64,000 nucleotides of DNA. Source: Terriglobia bacterium (GTDB taxonomy: Bacteria; Acidobacteriota; Terriglobia; 20CM-2-55-15). A program made the translations under genes and the position numbers. Each line of letters begins with the position of its first letter. The first letter of the stretch is position 1. This document shows positions 37,079-46,429 of this stretch, one piece after another. The notes beneath the pieces are model-generated. The model had not been told where the DNA came from, searched no databases, and worked only from the letters and a program-made list of their open reading frames with translations. The DNA is taken from positions 96,001 to 160,000 of the forward strand of contig CBDCLE010000001.1 in assembly GCA_965218585.1 (NCBI GenBank), read 5' to 3'.

Positions 37079-39544
37079 ATGAGAAGCAAGACTCTGTTCG
37101 TTTTGTTTACGTGCCTTGCCGTAGTACTGGTTGCGACTTCGAGCCGGCAGGATTTGACAGCATCGCCGCAGCAAGCCTCGGCGCAAACTGTTGCTGAGTA
37201 CGTACAGTTAATGGACTCCTACTGCGCTGCCTGCCACAGTGGCGGCCTCGCCGGTCAGACAAGCCTGGTCCCGGTGCCGCAGTTCATGGATGAGGTCGAG
37301 ACCGACCTTACCAACATTGGCGCCGAAGCCGAAATCTGGGAGACAGTGCTCAGAAAGCTGGGTGGCCGTATGATGCCCCCGCCGGGAATGCCCGCGCCCG
37401 CCGACGCTGACCTCGAAGCCTTCACGGCTTTCCTGGCCGACGAACTGAACAGTGCGGCGGCTGCCAATCCGAATCCTGGAACGAAGGCGCTGCATCGTAT
37501 CAACAGAGCCGAGTACGGCAACGCAGTCCGCGACCTGCTGGGTTTGCAGATCGACGCGGTGGAGTATTTGCCAGCTGACGTGGACGCTTTCGGTTTCGAC
37601 AACATCGCAGAAGTCATGGGTACGAATCCGGCGTTGATGGACCGTTACCTCAATGCGGCCTGGAAGATTACTGAGGTTGCCATCGGCGACGTCTCGATGA
37701 GTCCGACGTTTTTGACCGTCGTGAATTCCTCCGACCTGTCGCAGGACAATCACATCGAAGGTCTGCCGATCGGGACGCGCGGCGGAACTTACATCGAGTA
37801 CAACTTCCCCGTGGACGGCGAATACCTCGTCAAAACGGTGTTGTTCGAAAACACCGTTGACGTACCGCGCGGCCTGTCGCAAGAGCACGATCTGGAAGTC
37901 TCGTTTGACGGCGAGCGCGTGCACCTGGCCCGGTTCGGGGGTTTCGAAGACGAGGAACCCGCTTACCTGCGGCCGGCTTTGACTGCTGCAGAAATCTATA
38001 AACGTTTCGAAACGACTATTCAGGTCGAAGCGGGGCCCCACCGGGTAGGTGTGGCTTTCCTCAAGAAGAGCACGGCTTCCACACTGAACCTGCTTGAGCC
38101 GTTTTATCGGGAACATATCGATCCGATTTCGCCAATGGGAATCCCGTCCGTTGAAGCAGTGACGATCGAAGGTCCATTCAACGTCTCTGGCCCTGGCAAC
38201 TCCCCGAGCCGTCAGACAATCTTTACCTGTTATCCCAGTGCCGACGTAGCCGAGGCGACCTGTGCCGAGGAAATCCTCAAGGGGATAGCACGCAAGGCAT
38301 ACCGCCGGCCGTTGACGGATCAGGAAGTCGATACTGTCATGGGTTTCTATCGGACCGAGATCGATAACGGCGAGAACTTCGATACGGCGATTCAGACCGG
38401 CATTACTTACATCCTGGTTAGCCCCCAGTTCCTGTTCCGTTTCGAGCGGGATCCTGAAGGCGTCGAACCGGGCTCTGTTTATCCGATCAGCGACCTGGAG
38501 ATGGCCTCCCGGCTGTCGTTCTTTCTCTGGAGCAGTATTCCTGACGACGAGTTGATCGATCTGGCTACGGAGGGACGACTCCAGGAGCCGGAAGTTCTTG
38601 AGGGACAGGTTCGACGAATGCTGGCGGATGACCGTTCGGCTTCTCTTGGCGCCAACTTCGCAGGGCAATGGCTATACCTGAGAAACATTCCAAGCACGTC
38701 TCCGAACGCGGACATTTTCACCGATTTCGACGATAACCTTCGCCAGGGGCTTCTGCGTGAGACGGAAATGCTTTTTGAGAGCATCGTCCAGGAGGACCAG
38801 CCGATAGTTAACCTGCTCACCTCAGACTACACGTTTGTGAACGAGCGGTTAGCCAAGCACTACGAAATCGAGGGTATCTACGGTGACCAGATGCGTCGTG
38901 TTCCCGTTACAGAAGAGTACCGGAAGGGGTTGTTAGGTCAGGGCAGTGTCCATCTGATCAACTCCCTTGCCAACCGGACGAATGTGGTGACACGCGGCAA
39001 GTACATTATGACCAACATCCTGGGAACGCCGCCACCGCCACCACCGCCGAACGTACCACCGCTGGACGAAGAGCCGGACGTGCCGCAATCGATGCGTGAA
39101 CGTATGGAACAGCACCGGTCCAATCCAGCCTGTTTCGGTTGCCACTCCTACATGGATCCGATCGGCTTTGCTCTCGAAAACTATGACGCGATCGGCCGTT
39201 GGAGAACGGAAGAGAACGGTGTGGAGATCGATGCATCGGGAACAATCCCGGTCCTTCGTGAATTTGGAAACATTGCCGGTCCGGTGGCCCTTCGGGAAGC
39301 CATCGTGAGCCGTTCAGAACAGTTCGTCCGTACGGGCGTCGAAATGCTGATGACGTACGGACTCGGTAGAGGGCTAGAGGCGAGCGATATGCCGATAGTC
39401 CGTTCCATTATGAGAGATGCGGCTGCGGACGATCACCGCATCTCGTCTTTGGTTATCGGCATCGTAAACAGCGCGCCATTCCAGATGCGGGTAGCCCAGT
39501 CTGAAAGTAACGAAGCAATTGCTGAGAACGCTGACCTTAACTAA
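37079..39544 (+). CDS. DUF1592/DUF1588/DUF1587/DUF1595/DUF1585 c-type cytochrome domain protein
   Basis: Signal peptide; CAACH and CFGCH heme motifs; HRINRAEYGNAVRDLLG, EMASRLSFFLWSSIPD, DPIGFALENYD. Confidence 0.92.
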   Translation: MRSKTLFVLFTCLAVVLVATSSRQDLTASPQQASAQTVAEYVQLMDSYCAACHSGGLAGQTSLVPVPQFMDEVETDLTNIGAEAEIWETVLRKLGGRMMPPPGMPAPADADLEAFTAFLADELNSAAAANPNPGTKALHRINRAEYGNAVRDLLGLQIDAVEYLPADVDAFGFDNIAEVMGTNPALMDRYLNAAWKITEVAIGDVSMSPTFLTVVNSSDLSQDNHIEGLPIGTRGGTYIEYNFPVDGEYLVKTVLFENTVDVPRGLSQEHDLEVSFDGERVHLARFGGFEDEEPAYLRPALTAAEIYKRFETTIQVEAGPHRVGVAFLKKSTASTLNLLEPFYREHIDPISPMGIPSVEAVTIEGPFNVSGPGNSPSRQTIFTCYPSADVAEATCAEEILKGIARKAYRRPLTDQEVDTVMGFYRTEIDNGENFDTAIQTGITYILVSPQFLFRFERDPEGVEPGSVYPISDLEMASRLSFFLWSSIPDDELIDLATEGRLQEPEVLEGQVRRMLADDRSASLGANFAGQWLYLRNIPSTSPNADIFTDFDDNLRQGLLRETEMLFESIVQEDQPIVNLLTSDYTFVNERLAKHYEIEGIYGDQMRRVPVTEEYRKGLLGQGSVHLINSLANRTNVVTRGKYIMTNILGTPPPPPPPNVPPLDEEPDVPQSMRERMEQHRSNPACFGCHSYMDPIGFALENYDAIGRWRTEENGVEIDASGTIPVLREFGNIAGPVALREAIVSRSEQFVRTGVEMLMTYGLGRGLEASDMPIVRSIMRDAAADDHRISSLVIGIVNSAPFQMRVAQSESNEAIAENADLN

Positions 39545-39568
39545 CTAGCTAGGAGGAGGAGTACGTAC

Positions 39569-40942
39569 ATGTTCATTACCAAGAAGCACCTGTCGCGCCG
39601 GACGTTCCTACGCGGAACGGGGGCAGTCATGGCACTCCCGTTTTTGGAAGCCATGGTTCCGGCTCGTACTGCGCTAGCCCAGACGGCTGCGGTTGTGCCG
39701 CACCGTTACGGGTTTGTGTATGTCCCCATGGGGACGGTCATGAAGGAGTGGATGCCCACGACGGTTGGCCCGGACTTTGAGTTCTCGCCGATCCTGAAGT
39801 CTTTGGAGCCGTTCAGGGACAAGATGAACGTCATCTCCGGCGTCTACAATCCCGGAGCGAACGGACACTCTCCCAGTAGTGGAACCTTCATCAGTGGTGC
39901 TTTCCCGGCACGGGGAAGCACGATCCTGCTCAACACGACGGCCGACCAGGTCATCGCGCAGCATGTCGGTCAGGACACCACGTTCCCATCGTTGGAGTTC
40001 GCGACCGAAGATCACTCCAGCCACCTGGGAAGTTGCGCCGGAGATTTCCTGTGTTCCTACATGAGCACGGTTTCCTGGCGGACGCCGACACAGCCGTTGC
40101 CGATGGAGATCAATCCCCGCATCGTTTTCGAGATGATGTTCGGTGGTACCCAGTCCTCGCCCGAAGCGCGGCTGGCCCGCATGAATCAGAGCACGAGCAT
40201 CTTGGATGCGGTCGCCGCGAGCGTTAGCAGTCTGCGCCGCGATCTGGGCGCTGGCGACCAGGCCAAGCTCGATGAGTACATGGAGAACGTCCGCGAGATC
40301 GAGCGGCGTATCGTCCAGGGTGAGCAGCAGCGGAGCGAGGCAAATCTGGAAGCGCCGCCGACACCGGTGGGTGTTCCTGAAAATTGGGAAGAGCACGTGG
40401 ACCTGCTGTGGGAACTGGGTGCGCTTGCCTTCCAGGGGGACCTCACTCGAGTCATCACGTTCATGATGTCTGCTGAGTTGAGTACGCGAAGCTATCCGCA
40501 GATTGGTGTCGCGGATGGTCATCACCCGATTTCACACAACAACTTTGTTCCAGAGCAGATGGCGAAGAAGGCCAAAGTGGATGCCTACCATGTGCAGCGG
40601 GTTGCGAAGTTCCTCGGGCGGCTGGATTCGATTCCGGCGGGTGACGGCACCTCGCTCCTGGACAACTTCACGATGTTGTATGGCAGTGGCATGAGCAACT
40701 CCAACGCCCACGAGCACCACAACCTGCCTCTGTGGATTGTCAGTGGCGACCTGGGCGGCAATCTCCATATCAAAGCCGGCGTCGAGTCTGAAACCAGGGA
40801 TAACGAACTTATCCCGAAGTTTGAGACAGAAACGTTGATGTCCAACGTTCTCCTCTCGTTGATCCAGCATGCGGGAGTCGAGACGGACAGTTACGGCATT
40901 GGTGACGCGGAAAGCGACGGAGTGTTCGACTTCTCCGTATAG
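39569..40942 (+). CDS. DUF1552 protein with Tat signal
   Basis: LSRRTFLRG..LPFLEAM, PMEINPR, HHPISH, YGSGMSNSNAHEH. Confidence 0.92.
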   Translation: MFITKKHLSRRTFLRGTGAVMALPFLEAMVPARTALAQTAAVVPHRYGFVYVPMGTVMKEWMPTTVGPDFEFSPILKSLEPFRDKMNVISGVYNPGANGHSPSSGTFISGAFPARGSTILLNTTADQVIAQHVGQDTTFPSLEFATEDHSSHLGSCAGDFLCSYMSTVSWRTPTQPLPMEINPRIVFEMMFGGTQSSPEARLARMNQSTSILDAVAASVSSLRRDLGAGDQAKLDEYMENVREIERRIVQGEQQRSEANLEAPPTPVGVPENWEEHVDLLWELGALAFQGDLTRVITFMMSAELSTRSYPQIGVADGHHPISHNNFVPEQMAKKAKVDAYHVQRVAKFLGRLDSIPAGDGTSLLDNFTMLYGSGMSNSNAHEHHNLPLWIVSGDLGGNLHIKAGVESETRDNELIPKFETETLMSNVLLSLIQHAGVETDSYGIGDAESDGVFDFSV

Positions 40943-41063
40943 ATCAGTATAGATCAGTCGCTTGTTTAGTTGGTTTATTTAGGTCAGCGATTTGGACCTG
41001 GAACCGTTCGACGGCTAGGTCGGATGGTTCCGGGGCCATGGTCTTAATCTGTTTTTATCGAGG

Positions 41064-42503
41064 ATGAGGTACACGAAGATGCGCGTTCGACAAATGCTAG
41101 GTCTATTGGTGGTGCTGACACTGACCATTGGCAGCGCAGCGGCACAAACTGTCCAGAGTAGTAACGTCGATCTGGTTCGTGCGGTCAAGGATCAGGACAT
41201 GGCAGCGGCCCGCGAGTTGATTGCCGCCGGTGCAGACGTTACCGAGCAGGACAGTGAAACGATGACGGCGCTGCACTGGGCGGCCCACTGGGACGATCAG
41301 GAACTGGTGGAACTTCTTCTCAGCGAAGGTGCCACGGCAAACATTAGCAATCGCTATGGCGTCACACCGTTACATGAAGCGGGTCTGGTTGGCAACGTTG
41401 TGATGATCGAGGCGCTGGTCAATGCGGGCGCAGATCCGAACGCAGCGTTTGGTTCCGGTGAGACTCCTGTCATGACGGTTGCACGAACGGGTAACGTCGA
41501 TGCGATGCGCGTTTTGTTGTCGAGCGGCGGTGAGGTGAACGCTGCCGAAGAATGGCGAGGACAGACGCCGCTGATGTGGGCGGCCGGTGAAGGTCACACC
41601 GAGATGGCGCTCTTCCTGATAGATCAGGGTGCCACCGTCAGCCAGAGTTCTACGCTGATGGAGTTTGAAGAGCTGAAGAGCGGGAATGGTGGCGTTCTGG
41701 TGAATCGTCCCACGGGCGGTTTGTCGGCGCTGTTTTACGCCGCCCGAAGTGGTGCGGACGCCGTCGGCGAAGCTCTGATTGCCGCTGGCGCGGAACTGGA
41801 CAACGAGGAACCCCAGTATGGGTTCTCCGCTTTGGAGACCGCCATCATCAACGGCCACTACGACTTTGCGGCACTGCTGATCGAGGCCGGAGCCGAGACA
41901 GACAATGGCGCGCTGTTCACGGCGATTGAGGCAAAAAATACCGCAGCGTACACAAACAGGCCGGCGCCTCCACAGCAGGACGCGACTTACAACGCTCTCG
42001 ATATCATGGACATGCTGCTCAATGCTGGTGCGAACCCCAGCCGAGAGCATGATATGGCCGAAATGCCCGAACGCCAGGCCCAGGGAAGAGTCAACGTTGC
42101 TCCGGGCACGACGCCCCTGCTCAGAGCGACTTTTGCCTCGGACATGGAGTCGGTTGAACGTTTGGTTGCGTATGGTGCCAATGTCTCGGCTGCTGCCCGC
42201 GACGGTTCGACTCCGCTGATGGCGGCGGCCGGAATGAGATCTCGCGGTCGCAACGACGCCGCCCGGGGAAGTGGCGACGACGGAAGGCTGACGATGTTGA
42301 AGTTGTTCCTGGCGAACGGCGCCAGCATCGACGCTGTCCAGGGTCGGACAGGCAGCACGGCGGCGCACTACGCGGCTCAGGCCGGTGCCGAGCGTTTGCT
42401 GGATTATCTGGCGGCGATGGGTGCCGATATGAATTCCGAGAACGACGAAGGTGAAACTCCTCGTGACCTGGTCGCGGCGCGCGCGGCCCGTTTACTTCCC
42501 TAG
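41064..42503 (+). CDS. Secreted ankyrin-repeat protein
   Basis: Signal peptide; repeated TALHWAA/TPLHEA/TPLMWAA. Confidence 0.92.
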   Translation: MRYTKMRVRQMLGLLVVLTLTIGSAAAQTVQSSNVDLVRAVKDQDMAAARELIAAGADVTEQDSETMTALHWAAHWDDQELVELLLSEGATANISNRYGVTPLHEAGLVGNVVMIEALVNAGADPNAAFGSGETPVMTVARTGNVDAMRVLLSSGGEVNAAEEWRGQTPLMWAAGEGHTEMALFLIDQGATVSQSSTLMEFEELKSGNGGVLVNRPTGGLSALFYAARSGADAVGEALIAAGAELDNEEPQYGFSALETAIINGHYDFAALLIEAGAETDNGALFTAIEAKNTAAYTNRPAPPQQDATYNALDIMDMLLNAGANPSREHDMAEMPERQAQGRVNVAPGTTPLLRATFASDMESVERLVAYGANVSAAARDGSTPLMAAAGMRSRGRNDAARGSGDDGRLTMLKLFLANGASIDAVQGRTGSTAAHYAAQAGAERLLDYLAAMGADMNSENDEGETPRDLVAARAARLLP

Positions 42504-42510
42504 TTGGTTT

Positions 42511-42563
42511 AAAGGTGTCGTGCGCGTTGGCTAGTTCGCGCACGGCACGTCTTTTTTTGTTTT
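42511..42563 (+). terminator. Rho-independent terminator
   Basis: GTGTCGTGCGCG...CGCGCACGGCAC hairpin followed by a T-tract. Confidence 0.7.
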
Positions 42564-42781
42564 ACGCCCACCCGATTCCTCTCTGGACAATCTCCTCTTT
42601 CCAGGACACTTCTGCTCGCTGAAACACTCTCACGAACAACCTCGACCCGGTACGTGCTTGTACGTTTCTAATGTGGAGCAATTTTTTTCTCAGTCGATTT
42701 CTAGTAACATCCAATGCGGTCACCGGCTGACGGAGAGTTTCAAAGCGTATGTGCCGATTTGTGATCCAGAAGAGGAGAGCA

Positions 42782-43174
42782 ATGAAGAAACGTGATGTCA
42801 GGCGGGAACGGTCAGGGGCTCTTTTCTGCTTCCTGCTGACGTTCGCAGTGGCCGCCCTGGGCGCTGCGGTTTTAGAAATTCAGGCTTCGAGTCGTCAGCC
42901 CCTCGCCCCTGGACTGACCGAACTGCAAGAGGTGTCGACCCCGGATCCTGAGGATTTGGCTAGAGGTCAACGGATTGTCGAAAGTGCCTGCTCCATATGC
43001 CATGACTACCATCTCGTGGAAGAGCAGCGACTGAGCCGGGAAGACTGGGGCTACGTGATCCAGGCGATGCTCGCGAACGGGTCCGATCTGAGCGACCGCG
43101 AGATTCCGTTTGCTCTCGACTACCTGTCGACGGCGTTTTCACCTGGGAGCGGGGGAGAGTCTGAACAGGACTAG
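42782..43174 (+). CDS. Small monoheme cytochrome c
   Basis: Signal/TM segment; CSICH; W..VIQAM. Confidence 0.8.
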   Translation: MKKRDVRRERSGALFCFLLTFAVAALGAAVLEIQASSRQPLAPGLTELQEVSTPDPEDLARGQRIVESACSICHDYHLVEEQRLSREDWGYVIQAMLANGSDLSDREIPFALDYLSTAFSPGSGGESEQD

Positions 43175-43237
43175 TCCTGCTTAAGAGCTACCGGCTAAGT
43201 GAGGTAGAATAGGGAAATCTGAAGGAGGGTACGAGCG

Positions 43238-43633
43238 ATGAGATTCCGTCTAGCGTTCTTGCTGGCTGCTGTAATCCTAACGGGAATGATCTTCACGACA
43301 GGTGCTCCTGCTACCCTGGCCCATCATTCGCAGGCAGCTGCGTTCCAAATGGATCAGTGGGTTGAGATCGAAGGAGTTGTCCAACGTTGGCTTTTCAGGA
43401 ATCCACATCCTGTCCTTTTCGTTGAAGTCATTGCAGAGAACGACGAGCCGGTCACTTGGCAGATCGAGTTTCCTCCAGCTACGGTGTTGGCCAAGCGCGG
43501 CTGGACGCCGGAGACGTTTGTTCCAGGACAGGAAATCGCTGCCAGAGGTCATCCATCGAGGGCTCCCGGCACTTACGGCATGGCGGCCGGTGCACAGATC
43601 ACTCGTGAAGACGGGAGCCCGGTTGGATTTTAG
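43238..43633 (+). CDS. DUF6152 family secreted protein
   Basis: AHHS after the signal peptide; FRNPH, WQIE, RGWT...PG. Confidence 0.85.
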   Translation: MRFRLAFLLAAVILTGMIFTTGAPATLAHHSQAAAFQMDQWVEIEGVVQRWLFRNPHPVLFVEVIAENDEPVTWQIEFPPATVLAKRGWTPETFVPGQEIAARGHPSRAPGTYGMAAGAQITREDGSPVGF

Positions 43634-43685
43634 CTGAAACCCCTGCGAGCGACGAATATGAAGTTCTGTCTGCCTGCAGGGACTG

Positions 43686-43923
43686 CTAGCGTGCAGCAGA
43701 ACTCAATTCGTCTTTGAAGACCACACCGCCTTTCATCACGAACCCGGCCTTATTTGCCGGGTGGTGTAGGCCTCGGCCGTCCTTACGATGTCGATCCAGG
43801 GGCCGGCGCTTCCTTGCGATCAAGCCGATCACAGGAACTGCCGAGGTCAATACTCCAGCGTTACAGATCAACATCGTCCTGAACTGGTTTGAGGAACTGA
43901 AGGAACGAGTCCCTGTGCCCTGA
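43686..43923. pseudogene. Back-to-back gene fragments: amidohydrolase C-terminus (-) and Ser/Thr kinase-PD40 C-terminus (+)
   Basis: FVMKGGVVFKDEL on the minus strand; GRRFLAIK...INIVLNWFEELKERVP on the plus strand. Confidence 0.55.
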
Positions 43924-43932
43924 TTTTCGAGG

Positions 43933-43969
43933 TCAGGTCCTGAGAAATCATCTTCTCGGACGTTGAGAA
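43933..43969 (+). repeat. ATCATC-core dyad site, copy B
   Basis: TCA-GGTCCTGAGAA-ATCATC-TTCTCGGACGT-TGAGAA. Confidence 0.9.
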
Positions 43970-43989
43970 TTTCAGCGAACATTGGAGGA

Positions 43990-44388
43990 ATGATGAACAA
44001 GGACCACACTGCGTACCGATTCGCTGTCGGCGTCGCGCTTGCGACAGCATTCATTCTCGTCTGGGTGGCTGGTGCCGTTGGCATCATAGGGGCTGATGGT
44101 GACCCCGCCGACTTGATGTATGTCGGAGTGCTCGCCGTCGGAATCATCGGTGCCCTCATCGCGCGCTTCCAGCCACATGGAATGGCCCGCGCGTTGGTTG
44201 CAACGGCCCTCGCTCAGGCGTTAGTCGCCGTGATCGCGCTGGCCGCCGGGATGGTCCCCGCCTATAATTCTGCGTACGAAATCTTGGGCCTCAATGGGTT
44301 CTTCGTCGCGCTGTGGATCGGATCGGCCAGGCTGTTTCGGTCTGCTGCCGAGGAGCAACCTCGGGCGGGCCGAGCGCCGCAGGGTTGA
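43990..44388 (+). CDS. Four-TM membrane protein of unknown function
   Basis: RBS GGAGG; four hydrophobic segments; GAVGIIG..GDPA.LMY. Confidence 0.75.
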   Translation: MMNKDHTAYRFAVGVALATAFILVWVAGAVGIIGADGDPADLMYVGVLAVGIIGALIARFQPHGMARALVATALAQALVAVIALAAGMVPAYNSAYEILGLNGFFVALWIGSARLFRSAAEEQPRAGRAPQG

Positions 44389-44440
44389 CTCGACCGCCGT
44401 CGACGGGTGCCTGTGCCCTAGACGACGGTGAAAATGATTG

Positions 44441-44477
44441 TCAACGCCTGTTAAATCATCTTGTCGGACACTGAGAA
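44441..44477 (+). repeat. ATCATC-core dyad site, copy C
   Basis: TCA-ACGCCTGTTAA-ATCATC-TTGTCGGACAC-TGAGAA. Confidence 0.9.
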
Positions 44478-44488
44478 ATGGAGATGAA

Positions 44489-44929
44489 ATGCTGAAGAAG
44501 AACTCGAAAGACAAAGTCGCGTTCTGGAATTGGCTAGGCCGGTTGTTTGATCGTCGCCGCAGCTTGGGCATCCGGGTCCCGAAGGTCCGATTTCTGGCCA
44601 TCTCCGTTGCACTTATGGCAACGGGACTGATCTGCAGCGAGGTTCAGCTATTTGCCGTGGGCCAGGAGACGCCTGTCATTCGCAGGATCGGCTATCAAGG
44701 GCAGAATTTCGTTACCGTCACCGACATCCTGGACCGCTTGCGTGAACGGAACGTCGGGCTCAGTGTCGAGCAGGCCTATGACCCGGCGCGAGTCGAGCGC
44801 GCCCGGGATGTGATTGTTGACCTTTTGGACGAGAGAGGCCGTCAGAACGCGTCAGTAGAGGTCGAGGTGTATGACATCCCGCCGCGAGCGGTCGGAGTCA
44901 CGTTCCACATTGATGAAGGAGCGCCTTAA
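44489..44929 (+). CDS. Membrane-anchored single POTRA-domain protein
   Basis: IRRIGYQG..VTVTDILDRL..YDPARVERA..LLDERGRQNA.V..VTFHIDEG. Confidence 0.7.
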   Translation: MLKKNSKDKVAFWNWLGRLFDRRRSLGIRVPKVRFLAISVALMATGLICSEVQLFAVGQETPVIRRIGYQGQNFVTVTDILDRLRERNVGLSVEQAYDPARVERARDVIVDLLDERGRQNASVEVEVYDIPPRAVGVTFHIDEGAP

Positions 44930-44968
44930 CGCCGACCGCTGCAACTTCAAGAGAACTGAACGAAACGC

Positions 44969-45005
44969 TCAAGTTCTGAGAAATCATCTTCCCGGACTAT
45001 GAGAA
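44969..45005 (+). repeat. ATCATC-core dyad site, copy D
   Basis: TCA-AGTTCTGAGAA-ATCATC-TTCCCGGACTA-TGAGAA. Confidence 0.9.
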
Positions 45006-45418
45006 GTCGTACTCCGGTAAAAAGCCCTTCTTGAAGTCTCCCCGAATCACGCCACACGGCTTTCCCTTTGCGGACGTCTCCCCACAGCGGTTGACGGTCG
45101 ACCGGAGACTTCTGGCGAAAAAAAGGGCGCGCGGGCGGAGAGGTGCCGGTAAAATGCTTCCAGAATCGGGCGCTTCGGTGGATCGGCCCTTGATGCAGAG
45201 TGGCCGGTCGGCGTGTGGGAAGCCGGAAGAACGTGCGACGCAAAAATCTCGACTCTTGGGAGAGCCTCAGTGTACAAACGTTGGATCCGGGCATCAAAAA
45301 TGAAAATCTTAGATGAGATCGGGTGCGCGATCTCTTTGCGGGGAATCCGCCTACGAAGGCGGCATAGAATCAAAACCTTCATTTAACTGAAACTGCAAGG
45401 ATGGAACAGGAGTCCGTA

Positions 45419-46093
45419 ATGAAAATGTTCAAAGTAACAACAATGCTCGTAGCAGCGATCGTGATGGCAGGTTCGAGTGCAATGGCTCAGGAAATGAACT
45501 TCTTTGTCACTAGCGCTGGTTCGGGCTATGGAGGCAACCTGGGTGGTTTGGCTGGTGCCGATGCCCGCTGCCAGGCGTTGGCTTCAGTTGCCGGTGCCGG
45601 CGATAAAACCTGGCGTGCTTATCTGAGCACTCAGGGTCCTAACGCCGTCAATGCACGGGATCGCATCGGCTCCGGACCCTGGTACAACGCCAGTGGAGAC
45701 ATGATCGCGGAAAATCTTGATCAACTGCATCAGGAAGAAGGAAACAATATTAGTTTCGCGACCGCACTGGATGAACATGGCAACCCAGTCCCCTATGTAT
45801 CGATTGGTCCAGACGGCAATCCCTTGCCCCTAGCCTTGCAGATGGACGTGGAACACGATGTCTTGACCGGCTCTCAGCCGGACGGCACGGCATTTCCTGC
45901 CGGCGAAGATCGGACCTGCAATAATTGGATGTCGTCCGACGAAGGCGGCGCGATGCTCGGCCATCATGATCGCCGGGGTTTACAGCCGGGCCTGTCTCCC
46001 TGGAGCAATGCCCATCCTTCGCAGGGCTGTAGCCAACAGGGACTGATCAATACCGGTGGCGCCGGACGCTATTACTGCTTTGCTATCGATTGA
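45419..46093 (+). CDS. Secreted endostatin-like (C-type lectin fold) protein
   Basis: FFVTS..GGNLGGLAGADARCQ, WRAYLS, RIGSGPWYN, TCNNW, GRYYCFA. Confidence 0.8.
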   Translation: MKMFKVTTMLVAAIVMAGSSAMAQEMNFFVTSAGSGYGGNLGGLAGADARCQALASVAGAGDKTWRAYLSTQGPNAVNARDRIGSGPWYNASGDMIAENLDQLHQEEGNNISFATALDEHGNPVPYVSIGPDGNPLPLALQMDVEHDVLTGSQPDGTAFPAGEDRTCNNWMSSDEGGAMLGHHDRRGLQPGLSPWSNAHPSQGCSQQGLINTGGAGRYYCFAID

Positions 46094-46322
46094 CGTCCAT
46101 AGACTGTTGGTGCCAACAGCAAAATCCCCTTAAGGCGGCATGACAAACGGCTGAACCCGTCAGTCCTCCATGTCCTGCGGCGGCCTGTCGATTAGCCATC
46201 TATAGATCGGCATCGACCACGTAGGGCTGATGGCTTTTGCAAGGAGCCGGACCTTGCGTTTTCTTTTTTTTGATTCTGAGTCCTGGAGTTGTGAAGGCCA
46301 AACTAACCAAAGAATTGATGGC

Positions 46323-46359
46323 TCAAGTCCTGTTAAATCATCTTCGCGGACGTTGAGAA
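46323..46359 (+). repeat. ATCATC-core dyad site, copy E
   Basis: TCA-AGTCCTGTTAA-ATCATC-TTCGCGGACGT-TGAGAA. Confidence 0.9.
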
Positions 46360-46429
46360 TTGGCCTAAATACAAGCGTTGACCTTCTGATTGCTTACAAA
46401 CCCCTCTTAGTATTCTTTACCGAGTTTTT

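Noticed and set aside
39026-39062. CCG/CCA microsatellite
   Set aside because: It encodes the poly-proline stretch normal for this DUF1588-type region.
40937-40958. 10-bp tandem duplication GTATAGATCA at the DUF1552 stop
   Set aside because: Only two units and no associated element; probably slippage.
43933-46359. ATCATC repeats as a CRISPR array
   Set aside because: Spacers are 0.5-1.3 kb and contain whole genes, the repeats are degenerate, and there are no cas genes.
43933-46359. ATCATC repeats as integron attC sites or chromosomal dif
   Set aside because: GTTRRRY appears only in copies C and E, there is no conserved RYYYAAC, the sites are too short for attC and no intI is present. The right arm does not match the XerD arm TTATGTTAAAT.
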